Assembly (NCBI GenBank): GCA_044376115.1
Contig: JBILLK010000011.1
Span: forward strand, 256,001 to 320,000
Direction of reading: 5' to 3'
Origin: Polyangiaceae bacterium
GTDB lineage: Bacteria; Myxococcota_A; Polyangia; Polyangiales; Polyangiaceae
DNA: 64,000 nt
Shown: in pieces, positions 16,060-25,222 of the stretch
Position numbering within the stretch: the first letter of the stretch is position 1
Layout: each line of letters begins with the position of its first letter
Notes under the pieces: model-generated
The model's database searches: none
Seen by the model: only the letters and a program-made list of their open reading frames with translations
Told to the model about the DNA's origin: nothing
Made by a program: the position numbers and the translations under genes

Positions 16060-18024
16060 ATGCTTGTTGGAGTGATCGGCTCAGGGGCCATCGGGCCGGA
16101 TCTTGCGTACGGCTTCATGACGGCGCTTGCACGGGAGCCTGGGTCCAAGGTGTACCTTGTCGACATCAAGGAGGAGGCCTTGCAAGCCGGGATGAAGCGC
16201 ATCCGCGGCTACGTTGAGAAGGGGGTGGCGCGTGGCAAAATTGCCCCCGCCGCCGCGAAGTCGATTCTTGCTGGGCTCGTGCCCACACAGCAGCTCAGCG
16301 ACCTCGCGCAATGCGACTACGTGCTCGAGGCCGCCAGTGAGGACCTGGCGATCAAGCGTCGCATCCTCGAGGGGCTCGAGGCGATCGTGCGCAACGACTG
16401 CTTGATTGGCTTTGCGACCTCCGGCCTTCCGCGCGCGCAGATCGCCGCTAGCGCCAAACACCCCGAGCGCTGCTTCGTCAATCACCCTTTCTATCCGGCG
16501 TGGCGTGCCCTGCCGATTGAGGTGGTTTTGTCGGAGAGCGCAGAACTCAGCGAGCGCATGGTCTCCACCATCAAGAAGTTGGGCCGTGTCCCGGTCATCA
16601 CTGCCGACGTGGAGTGTTTTGCGGCCGATGACGTCTTCTGCAACTACATCGCGGAGGCCGCTCGCATCGTGGAGGAAGGCGTAGCGACCCCTGCTGCAGT
16701 CGACGCGATCGTCAACGCGGCCATTGGCGGCGGTGGCCCGTTCAACGTCATGGACCTGACGAAGGGCAACCTGCTCGTTCACAAGTGTCAATTGCTCATG
16801 CAGAAGGCCAAGACAGGCACAGCGTGGTTTGCTCCGCCCAAGATCCTAGAGACGCAGGGAGACGCTCCTTGGCACGATCGCAAGAACCCCGGCAATGCCA
16901 GTTATGATTCCGCGCTCGCTGACAAAGTGATGAACCGCATTTTGGCGGTCTTGCTCGCGCGTACCTACTTCCTCATCGAGAACGACGTGTGCGCCAAGAC
17001 CGAGACCAACTGGCTCATGCGTATGGCGCTCGGGTTCAACAAAGGAACGATGGAGATCGCGGAGGACCTCGGCCCGGCCAAGGTTCGGGAGATCTGCTTG
17101 CGCTACGCCGAAGAACATCCCGGTTTCGTGGTGCCCAAATTGATTCGCGATGGGGCGCTACCGGCCTTCCGTAAGAACGTTACCGTCGAGCGTGAAGCTG
17201 ACGTCGCTGTCGTGCGCGTGTTCCGCCCTGAGGTAAAGAACGCCCTCTCCAAGGCGACCTTGCTCGAGCTGGATAGTGCGATAGCGGAGCTAGAAGCTGA
17301 CGGCTCGGTCAAAGGGGTGGTGCTAACGAGCTATGACGGTTCCTTTGCGGGGGCCGACATCCTCGAGCTGGCTGCGCTGCCGGATGCCGCTGCGTGCGAG
17401 GCTACGTGCCTCGCTTCGCATCCAATCTTCGAGCGCATCGCTGCTTGCAAGAAGCCCATCATCTCGGCTGTGGACGGCCCTTTGCTCGGGGGAGGTGCAG
17501 AGCTGGCGATGGCCTGCCACGCGCGGATCGTGGGGGAGTCGCTTGCGTTCGGTCAGCCCGAAGTAAACCTGGGCATCATCCCAGGATATGGCGGTACGCA
17601 ACGGTTGCCGCGATTGGTTGGCGTGGCCCGCGGGGCCGAGCTCGTGCGCACGGCGCGGAGCGTGAACGCGAAGGAGGCTTGCGAGTGGGGGTTTGCCTAC
17701 GGCGCGCCAATGGCCGATCCGGTGGCAGCCGCAAAAGCCTTGATCACCGAGGTCCTTGCCGGCAAGAGCTTGCCAAACCTCGATGAAGGTCCGGTCGCAG
17801 GGCTCGAAGCCTTGGGCCCGCTCGACATTGGGCACAGGTCTTTGGCGATCGACGCAATTGTCGTCGATGTGTTGCGCCGCGGTCTGGCGTTGCCGCTCAA
17901 GGAAGGCCTCGCCATCGAGGCCAAGGGCTTCGCCCGCTGCAAACAGACGGTGGATATGGACGTTGGCATGAAGAACTTCATGCAGAACGGTCCGCGCGTG
18001 CCAGCCGCCTTCCTCCACGAATAG
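16060..18024 (+). CDS. 3-hydroxyacyl-CoA dehydrogenase / enoyl-CoA hydratase fusion
   Basis: N-terminal GVIGSGAIG, VLEAASEDL, NHPFYP; C-terminal crotonase KNALS, FAGADI, LGGGAELAMACH, GQPEVNLGIIPGYGGTQRLPRLVG. Confidence 0.9.
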   Translation: MLVGVIGSGAIGPDLAYGFMTALAREPGSKVYLVDIKEEALQAGMKRIRGYVEKGVARGKIAPAAAKSILAGLVPTQQLSDLAQCDYVLEAASEDLAIKRRILEGLEAIVRNDCLIGFATSGLPRAQIAASAKHPERCFVNHPFYPAWRALPIEVVLSESAELSERMVSTIKKLGRVPVITADVECFAADDVFCNYIAEAARIVEEGVATPAAVDAIVNAAIGGGGPFNVMDLTKGNLLVHKCQLLMQKAKTGTAWFAPPKILETQGDAPWHDRKNPGNASYDSALADKVMNRILAVLLARTYFLIENDVCAKTETNWLMRMALGFNKGTMEIAEDLGPAKVREICLRYAEEHPGFVVPKLIRDGALPAFRKNVTVEREADVAVVRVFRPEVKNALSKATLLELDSAIAELEADGSVKGVVLTSYDGSFAGADILELAALPDAAACEATCLASHPIFERIAACKKPIISAVDGPLLGGGAELAMACHARIVGESLAFGQPEVNLGIIPGYGGTQRLPRLVGVARGAELVRTARSVNAKEACEWGFAYGAPMADPVAAAKALITEVLAGKSLPNLDEGPVAGLEALGPLDIGHRSLAIDAIVVDVLRRGLALPLKEGLAIEAKGFARCKQTVDMDVGMKNFMQNGPRVPAAFLHE

Positions 18025-18057
18025 TCGCCTCCCCACATATCGAAGGATCAACGAGCC

Positions 18058-19332
18058 ATGTCGAACATCTCCAACATCGTCATTCTCGAGGGTGGGCGCC
18101 GGACTCCGCGCGCCGATATTTTAATTGATAATCGAGAGGCGGGCCTGTTCTCCCGGTTCTCTACGACTCAGCTGGGCGGCCTCGCCATTGCCGCGACGCT
18201 CGACAATACCAAGCTCGACCGCGGCCTCGTTGGGCATGTCGTGATGGGAATGGCGCAACACAGCCATCGCGACAGCATCTACGGCGCGAAGGGAATGGCC
18301 TATCGCGGTGGGCTGGGCAATGACGTCCCGGCCCTCACGGTCGCCCGAATCTGCGGTAGCGGCGCAGAGGCCGTCGCCGTTGGGGCCGAGATGATCCTGG
18401 CGGGCGTACGGCACGACACCGATAGACCCTTTGTGGTCGTCGGTGGCGCCGAGTCGATGCAGTATCCCTTCTGCCTTTACGGTCAGCGCGGGAAGAAGGT
18501 CGGCGAAGCCGTGCAGAAGTACGGCCCCATCGACGCGAAGTCGCTGCCGGCTGGCACGCACCTGCAGGATATGTTGCTGATGAGCCTCTACGATCCGTCG
18601 GCCAAGATGGCGATGGCCAATACCGCGGAGGAGCTTGGCCGTCGCTACAAGATTACCCGGGAGGAGGCGGATGCCTTTGGTCACCGCTCCCACGTGCTCG
18701 CGAAGAAGTCGCGAGACGCCGGCGTGTTTCTGGAAGAGACAGTTCCCGTCGTCGTGGAGACGACAGGGGATACGCTCACCGTCAAACACGATACCCACAT
18801 CATGGACGATATATCGCTAGCGAAGATGGCGCGCCTTCCGGCCGCCTTCGAGGCGGGCGGCATCATTACGGCCGGCAACGCCAGCGCCGTCGTCGACGGT
18901 GCAGGCGCGATGGTGATCGGGCTGGAGAAAGACGCCGCCAAACACGGAGCGAAACCGCTCGCTCGCATCGCGGGCATGGGAGTCGCTGCCTGCGACCCCT
19001 CGATCATGGGCTGGGGCCCCGTGCCGTCAACCAAGCGAGCCTTGGCGAGTGCCGGCATTCCCGGCAGTAAGATCGATCACGTCGAGCTCAATGAGGCCTT
19101 CGCGCCGCAGGCTCTAGCTGTGATTCGAGACTTTGGCGAGTTGGGTATTGCGCCCGAGAAGGTCAATCCGCTCGGCGGCGCGGTAGCGCTCGGTCACCCG
19201 CTTGGGGCGACTGGCGCGATTCTCACGCTCACGTGTGCTTACGCCCTGCGTCGCGAGAAGAAGCAATACGGCCTCGTGACGATGTGCATTGGTGGCGGCC
19301 AAGGAATCTCGCTCATCATCGAGTCCCTCTAG
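18058..19332 (+). CDS. thiolase (acetyl-CoA C-acyltransferase)
   Basis: RICGSG, GGAESM, TAGNAS, NEAFAPQ, GHPLGATG, CIGGGQG. Confidence 0.93.
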   Translation: MSNISNIVILEGGRRTPRADILIDNREAGLFSRFSTTQLGGLAIAATLDNTKLDRGLVGHVVMGMAQHSHRDSIYGAKGMAYRGGLGNDVPALTVARICGSGAEAVAVGAEMILAGVRHDTDRPFVVVGGAESMQYPFCLYGQRGKKVGEAVQKYGPIDAKSLPAGTHLQDMLLMSLYDPSAKMAMANTAEELGRRYKITREEADAFGHRSHVLAKKSRDAGVFLEETVPVVVETTGDTLTVKHDTHIMDDISLAKMARLPAAFEAGGIITAGNASAVVDGAGAMVIGLEKDAAKHGAKPLARIAGMGVAACDPSIMGWGPVPSTKRALASAGIPGSKIDHVELNEAFAPQALAVIRDFGELGIAPEKVNPLGGAVALGHPLGATGAILTLTCAYALRREKKQYGLVTMCIGGGQGISLIIESL

Positions 19333-19369
19333 CCAAGGCTCTTGTCAGCTTCGGACGCCCGGACTCCTC

Positions 19370-20458
19370 TCAGGAGTTCGGGCGCAGTGCTTTGGCAACG
19401 GTGCGCATGATCCAGCTGATGGCGCCTATGCCGAGTACCGCGAACACGAGGAACACAACGAGCCCTGAGAGCGTGCCTACTTGCAGATGGCGCGCGAGCA
19501 AAGCGGTTCGGTCGAGCGTTCCAAGGCGGGCCTCCTCGCGCATGAGCAGCGCGCCCAGCCAGAACAGTAAGGCGCCAAGTGACAATCCAGTGAGCGTCTT
19601 GGCACTGAAGGTTGGCCGACGGAGCAAGCTGAGCCAAAGCGCCAACTGCAGGACGCTACCGATGAGCAGGATGCTCATCGCAACGCGCAAGCTCGAGGCG
19701 TGGCTCGCCGCAGCTGCGCTTGGTAGGACTCCGCTCAACACGGGCCAGGCCGCCCCACTGGCGAGCAGCGTACCTGCAATAGCTACTAACGAGAGCGGCC
19801 GAAGGGCCTTCTGAGCGCTATCCCTGGATACCCCAGAAGCGCCTGCATGAAGCTGCCAGGACAAGAGCAGCGCAGCAGTCGGGAAGGCTGCGGTCACCCA
19901 GAAGCCAAGCCGAGGAAAGATGGCGGGCGTTTTGAAGACCATCGCTTCGGATTGGTATTGGCTGGCCCATACTTCACGGTGCAGCGAGAGAAGGTGGTTT
20001 TCCACCCAAGAGAAGCCGACGAAGAAGATGAGTGCCATGACAGCCAAGGCTACGAGCCCCTCGAGCAGCGTCCTGCCGACGATACGTTCGGCCTTGAGTA
20101 GATAAAGCAGATAGAACGCAATGATGAGTACGGGCAGAATGGCCATGAAGCGGTGAAACGAGAGCAGGTTCGCTGTGTAGAACTCTTCCTGGTAGAGAAT
20201 CTGCACGAACAAAAGGGGTGCTATCCCAGCCGTAATGGCAGCGGAGAGGGCGAACGGCATCCAGTCCTTTAGGACAGTAAAAATGGCCGCCCAAGCCGTG
20301 GTCCGAGGTTGACTGCTCAGGAGCGCTCGCAGCCCGCGCACGCCAAGCATGATGGCGCCGGCAAGCACGTAGGACATGAAACCAACGTGCATGAGGAGGG
20401 TCACGAGATACAGCGTTATGTACGCTGCGCTGACCGGGGGAAGGTCGAACGGAAACAT
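19370..20458 (-). CDS. polytopic membrane protein, CydA-like second subunit of a bd-type oxidoreductase
   Basis: TLLMHVGFMSYVLAG, ITAGIAPLLFVQILY; multiple TM helices; 2 bp downstream of the cydA-like gene. Confidence 0.6.
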   Translation of the reverse strand: MFPFDLPPVSAAYITLYLVTLLMHVGFMSYVLAGAIMLGVRGLRALLSSQPRTTAWAAIFTVLKDWMPFALSAAITAGIAPLLFVQILYQEEFYTANLLSFHRFMAILPVLIIAFYLLYLLKAERIVGRTLLEGLVALAVMALIFFVGFSWVENHLLSLHREVWASQYQSEAMVFKTPAIFPRLGFWVTAAFPTAALLLSWQLHAGASGVSRDSAQKALRPLSLVAIAGTLLASGAAWPVLSGVLPSAAAASHASSLRVAMSILLIGSVLQLALWLSLLRRPTFSAKTLTGLSLGALLFWLGALLMREEARLGTLDRTALLARHLQVGTLSGLVVFLVFAVLGIGAISWIMRTVAKALRPNS

Positions 20459-20460
20459 GC

Positions 20461-21900
20461 TTACTCTCCCCCGTTGGTCGCGAGTTTGGCCGGGCGAGGC
20501 GAGGTAGCAGGAGCAGGCCCAGCTTCCTCGAGCCACGCTCGGATTTTCTGGTAGTCGCGCGGATCTCGGCTCTCGGGCCAGCTGCTGGGCTGCTTTGCTG
20601 TGTACCAACGCACATATTGAACGAGCGCCTCGAGCTCCTCGGCCGTACCTGCGAAGGGGGGCATGAAGCCTTTGGTCCACTGCAATTGCGCGACATTCAT
20701 GCGCATTTGATCGTCGGTCCAAGCGCCCATCAGGTGCTGCAAGGAGTTCACGCCCCCCATCGTGTGGCAGATGGAACACTGCGCACGAAAGGTGAGGGCC
20801 CCGGTGCGAACTTGATCGTTGGGCAGGCTTGCAGCCTCGCGAAGGGGGAAGGGGTCATTCGTGGTGCACCCCTCGACGCGTAGCCGTGCCACCTCCGACG
20901 GCGAGATCGCATTGCTAAATAGTACTTCACGGATTGTGTACGGTTTGCGTGCGCCCTCGCGGACAAACTCCCCACCAGCCGATGCGCCGAAGGCGAGTGC
21001 GACGAGCAAGGTTGAGGTCGCGCCGTTGATGAATAGCTTCTGCCGCCAAAGGCCAATGACAATGTATCCGCCGATCAAGGCGCTGCCCGCTACGGCGAGG
21101 TTCAGGAACATCGTCATGGCGATGCTCCCCCCCATGACCCATTCGCGGCTGTCTTGGGGCATGGCGGCCAGAAACCAGACGCCAAAGAGGGGCATGAGCA
21201 CGATCGGCAGCATGAATCGCGCTGTGTGATTGATGAGCCGGCTGCGGGCTGGCTGGTCCAGCGCGGGCAACGTATTGATGAGGACCGCCGCAACGAGGCC
21301 AGCGATCACCATGCAGGCAACGGTGCGGTAGAAGAGGCTGGGCCAGAAGGTAGCGTTGAAGAAACCCTGCCAAAGGCTGCCGGTGGCTACCCATTCCCCT
21401 GGTGTGAGCTGCCACGAGAGGATTCCGTTGATCCAAAAAAGGGAGCCCCAGCCAGCGCAGCTATACAGCAATAGCAGCGTCAGCCGCGCTTTGTCCGAGA
21501 GCAACTTGCCATACCTGTAGAAGGCATAGCCAGCGACAACCTCAACCCAAAAGAAGATCCATTCGGTAGCCCAGACCCAGTGGAACACATCCACCATCTT
21601 GCCGATGGTCACCGGGGATAGCTGGATGCTGGTGAACCACATCGCGACGCCGGTGAGCGCCCCGGTCACGAAGGAGACGAGGACCAGATACTTGAAGTAC
21701 GAGTCGAGGACGATCCTGGCGGCAGGCTCCTTCCCGCGCATGGCCAGCCACTGGAGATAGGCCATTAACATGCCCCCGCCGATCGCGAATTGAGCGAGGA
21801 ACACGTGGAAGATTCCAAGCCCGCCGATCACCATGCCCTTCATTGCCGGCCCGAAGTCGTTGACGGGAAAGGAGACGAGGCTCGTCAGAACGAGGGGCAT
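20461..21900 (-). CDS. cytochrome bd subunit I-like protein fused to a C-terminal cytochrome c
   Basis: FHVFLAQFAIGG, GALTGVAMWF, WATEWIFFWVE, SWQLTP, GEFVREGARKPY; heme c motif CSICH with distal MPPF. Confidence 0.8.
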   Translation of the reverse strand: MPLVLTSLVSFPVNDFGPAMKGMVIGGLGIFHVFLAQFAIGGGMLMAYLQWLAMRGKEPAARIVLDSYFKYLVLVSFVTGALTGVAMWFTSIQLSPVTIGKMVDVFHWVWATEWIFFWVEVVAGYAFYRYGKLLSDKARLTLLLLYSCAGWGSLFWINGILSWQLTPGEWVATGSLWQGFFNATFWPSLFYRTVACMVIAGLVAAVLINTLPALDQPARSRLINHTARFMLPIVLMPLFGVWFLAAMPQDSREWVMGGSIAMTMFLNLAVAGSALIGGYIVIGLWRQKLFINGATSTLLVALAFGASAGGEFVREGARKPYTIREVLFSNAISPSEVARLRVEGCTTNDPFPLREAASLPNDQVRTGALTFRAQCSICHTMGGVNSLQHLMGAWTDDQMRMNVAQLQWTKGFMPPFAGTAEELEALVQYVRWYTAKQPSSWPESRDPRDYQKIRAWLEEAGPAPATSPRPAKLATNGGE

Positions 21901-21961
21901 GGTGGATCCTATGTGGGGTCGGCTTGGATGGGGGACAACCGCGCTGCCGCTTCGTGAAGAC

Positions 21962-22480
21962 TCAAGGAATGGCGGTGATGTCGATCTCGCTCGTGGCGAT
22001 CACTTCAGGCTCGACGCCGCCCTCGAAGTAGAAGTCACACTCCTCCGCGGCGGTACAGCGAAGTAGTTGGGCCTTTACCGTGGTGGAAACCTCTTCGGCT
22101 GCGTTGAATTGCACGTAGTCGTCGAGGATCTCAATCCATTGTCCCTCTGCGCACGTCGTCAACGGGGATGGACCTATGGAACCGATTCCGCCGGAGCTAA
22201 GGCTCAGGAGCACCATGTCTCCCTCGACGGCGCCAAAAATTCGTAGCGATACGTACACGTGTTGGCCGCCTTGCGGCCCGTAGTCCATCTGTAACGGTGC
22301 GCCAGACTTGAGCGGCGTAAACGCCTCACCCTCAGCCGTGCCAAACTGAATTTCGGGAGCGGAGGCCGGCGCCTGGGAAACGCAGCCCGCCTCTGGGTAG
22401 AACTCTTGGTCACTAGGCCCACAGGTCCCAAAACAACCGGGCAATAGCGCCAGCGCAATGGAAAGCAGTCGTCGTTGCAT
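21962..22480 (-). CDS. putative lipoprotein
   Basis: Signal peptide MQRRLLSIALALLPGC; YGPQGGQHVYVSLR motif; several Cys. Confidence 0.65.
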   Translation of the reverse strand: MQRRLLSIALALLPGCFGTCGPSDQEFYPEAGCVSQAPASAPEIQFGTAEGEAFTPLKSGAPLQMDYGPQGGQHVYVSLRIFGAVEGDMVLLSLSSGGIGSIGPSPLTTCAEGQWIEILDDYVQFNAAEEVSTTVKAQLLRCTAAEECDFYFEGGVEPEVIATSEIDITAIP

Positions 22481-22653
22481 TGATATCTCCAAGCAAGAGA
22501 AGTGTGCCGGAGTGTAAACCAAGGTGGGCGAGGGCCGCGCGCAAATCTGCGCCAGGCCTGTGCTCCTCCGCCCGAGGGCAACTCAGTCTCTTTCCCTTCG
22601 ACTTGGGACAATCCGTTCAGCTTTGGGTGCGAAGCGGCTAAGGAGCTTCGACC

Positions 22654-23655
22654 ATGCGTACCTTCAACACACCGCTGCTGAGCCTTCTGTTCCTCCTCGC
22701 CTGCGGTAGCGAGGCCGGTCCTGCTGCTTCGGCTTCCAGTTCGGGCGCGTCGTCCGCCCCGGCCAAAGCTCCCTCGGCTTCCACCGCCGCAGCCTCAGCA
22801 AAGCCCTCTGCTGCTCCAACACCGAGCGCTGCGCCTGCGCCAAGCTTCACCGAGACCCCAGAGCCGGAGCTCAGCGAGTGGGCCAAGAGCAGCGTGGTGA
22901 AGGCTCCGGGATCGACAAAGAACGCCTGCGACACGCGCATGGTTCGAGAGTGGCTGCGCGTGCAGTGCGTCGATCGAAGTCCCGAGCGCGGGACGCCGGT
23001 GTCGATCGAGGTGACACAAGGGCGAGCGCCAAAGGAGCGCTACAAGGGCGAGAATCTCTCGGTGGTCAATGACATTACGACGCTGATCGTCCCCGTGCGG
23101 CCAGGCACCGACTTCGCTGCCACGTTCAATTGGGCGAAAGGCAGCGATGTGTTGTCGGTCAAGTGGCCCGCAGGCCAGCCCGAGTCAGCGCGGGAGATCA
23201 AGTTTGGCAGAGCTGAGAGCGACGGAGCCGCGCCGGTCGAGGGCACAGAGCCGCCGCCTAACAAGGCGACCGACGTTGCTCCTGAGCCGCCACTCGAGGA
23301 TTTGCCCAACCTTGCCCCTGCGCCCAGTGAAGAAGAATGGTCCAAGATCGCTGAAGCCCGCGTCAAGGGCTCCACCGCCGCTGGCTGTGAGACCAAACTT
23401 AGTGGGGATTGGTTCTACGCGAAGTGTGAGGCAAAAGGTAAACCAGTAAAGGAACTCATTGCGGTAAAGGGGCACCGCAAAACGCAGACCTCACTAACGG
23501 TTAAAGACGACGTGGCGACGCTGCTTACGCCTTACGTGGAGGGCACCGAAACGCATATACGCTTGGTGCGAGAGGGCGAGACCCGGGTGTTGGTTCTACG
23601 CTGGAGTAAGGGGCCGAAGCCCGAGACGGCTGGTTCCTTCGAACTGCCGAAGTGA
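22654..23655 (+). CDS. lipoprotein with two copies of a two-cysteine domain
   Basis: Lipobox LLAC, Ala/Ser/Pro linker; EWAKSSVVKAPGSTKNACDTRMVREWLRVQC and EWSKIAEARVKGSTAAGCETKLSGDWFYAKC. Confidence 0.75.
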   Translation: MRTFNTPLLSLLFLLACGSEAGPAASASSSGASSAPAKAPSASTAAASAKPSAAPTPSAAPAPSFTETPEPELSEWAKSSVVKAPGSTKNACDTRMVREWLRVQCVDRSPERGTPVSIEVTQGRAPKERYKGENLSVVNDITTLIVPVRPGTDFAATFNWAKGSDVLSVKWPAGQPESAREIKFGRAESDGAAPVEGTEPPPNKATDVAPEPPLEDLPNLAPAPSEEEWSKIAEARVKGSTAAGCETKLSGDWFYAKCEAKGKPVKELIAVKGHRKTQTSLTVKDDVATLLTPYVEGTETHIRLVREGETRVLVLRWSKGPKPETAGSFELPK

Positions 23656-23670
23656 TCTCGCCGAGAGCCG

Positions 23671-25134
23671 TTAGTCCTCCGAGCTGAATACCACTTTTCC
23701 GACCTTGGCTTCCTCCTCGGCGGCCGCCTCCCGTTCGGCTTCAACAGCGCGACGTTCAAGCTCGAGGTCGGCAAAGCGGTAGCGGACGCCCTTGTCCAGC
23801 TGCGCGATATCTACATCCCCACCCAGCGCCAGAAGCTCCTTGCTAAGCTGCTTCGGATCCGGCTCAAAGCCGGCGGCCACGGCAAAACGACGGCGGAGCT
23901 GGGTTTCATCAATGCCGTTGGGTTGCTTGACTCCCTCGAGTACCGCCTCGAGGACAGCGAGCCTTCCGCGCTCTTCGGCGGCCTTTCGCTTGGCTCGGCG
24001 TTGCAGGGCGAGGCGCCCGAGTGGCAGCAGAAAGAGCGCTATCGAGAACAAGAACGGCACCAGTCCCAGCGCGATAGGCAAGCCTGGCGGTGGCAGGTCG
24101 CTCGGTGCAACTCGGGTAAGAATAGCGAACAGCCGCTCGAGGGTTAGCCCCTGAAGCATCACCCACCCCGAAGCAACGAGATTGAAGGCGTTGATACCGC
24201 CAATCAGCAAATCAGAGGATAGCTCGTTACCGGTTAGGTGCGGCGCAGCGACGGGGCGCTTCCACACCGGCAGCTTTGGTGCGCTCCTATCATTGAGTGC
24301 GGTCTTGCGCAGATCGGCAAAGCGGTAGGCAATCCCGCCTTCTTCGGAGACCTCCACCGTTCCTTGGTAGTCCGTCATGAGCTTTGCCATGAGCGGATCG
24401 ACTTGATTGCGCGGTAGCCCGGTGGCCCGCATGACCTCAGCAAGGCCAATTCTACCTTTCCCGGCTCGTATCTCGGCCAGCACCGCCCGCTGATTGGCGA
24501 GTGGATCGGCGGGGGCTTTGGGCGGACCGAAAAAGAAGCGGTCAACGCGCTCGTAGAACGGCGATTGCTCGCTCTTGCTGAAACTTCGGCGCGTAGGCTG
24601 AGAAAACTCAACGTCGCTGCGGAACGGTGAGAAGGGGTGATACGTCCAGAACAGCGCCTCAGCCAATAGGCGAAAAACTACGCCGAAGAAGCTGAAGCTG
24701 CTGCGACCATCGCGGTCGTCCGACGAGCGACTGAAGGCAAGTGCAATGAACAACGCTACGAACACGAGCGCGTAGCCCGAGAGCACGATGGCGACCCAGG
24801 CTCGTACGATGAAGCGTAGTGCGCCTAGGGCTGTGCTCTTGATTCGCTCCCAGGCAAGGGTCAGCCGATCTTTGGTCTCCCAGGGCTTGCGAAAGCGAGT
24901 GGGAAATCGAAACAGGATCTCCCCTTCCTCTGTGACGCGCAGGTGGCCGCGGTACTCGCTCGTGAGGGCGTGAAGCGCCGCTTCGGCTTGCGCCAGCGTA
25001 ACTCCGCTCAGGGTCGCTGCATCTGCGATGGTGACGACGATATCCCCGGGCCGCGAGTCAAGGGCGTTGCGAACCGCGTCGACCGACGCTGCGGGTTTCA
25101 TTCCCTCGTGGTGTAGCGCCATCGTGCCCGCCAT
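23671..25134 (-). CDS. conserved membrane protein with repeated winged-helix-like units
   Basis: YRGHLRVTEEGEILFRF, YQGTVEVSEEGGIAYRF and LGGDVDI...GVRYRF separated by TM segments. Confidence 0.7.
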   Translation of the reverse strand: MAGTMALHHEGMKPAASVDAVRNALDSRPGDIVVTIADAATLSGVTLAQAEAALHALTSEYRGHLRVTEEGEILFRFPTRFRKPWETKDRLTLAWERIKSTALGALRFIVRAWVAIVLSGYALVFVALFIALAFSRSSDDRDGRSSFSFFGVVFRLLAEALFWTYHPFSPFRSDVEFSQPTRRSFSKSEQSPFYERVDRFFFGPPKAPADPLANQRAVLAEIRAGKGRIGLAEVMRATGLPRNQVDPLMAKLMTDYQGTVEVSEEGGIAYRFADLRKTALNDRSAPKLPVWKRPVAAPHLTGNELSSDLLIGGINAFNLVASGWVMLQGLTLERLFAILTRVAPSDLPPPGLPIALGLVPFLFSIALFLLPLGRLALQRRAKRKAAEERGRLAVLEAVLEGVKQPNGIDETQLRRRFAVAAGFEPDPKQLSKELLALGGDVDIAQLDKGVRYRFADLELERRAVEAEREAAAEEEAKVGKVVFSSED

Positions 25135-25222
25135 GCATCCGCCATCGGACGTCGCAGCGCCAGCAAACGTCGAGCTCGAGGCAGCCGTCGTTCAGGACGG
25201 CGGTCCGTGTTAGAAACGTTGC

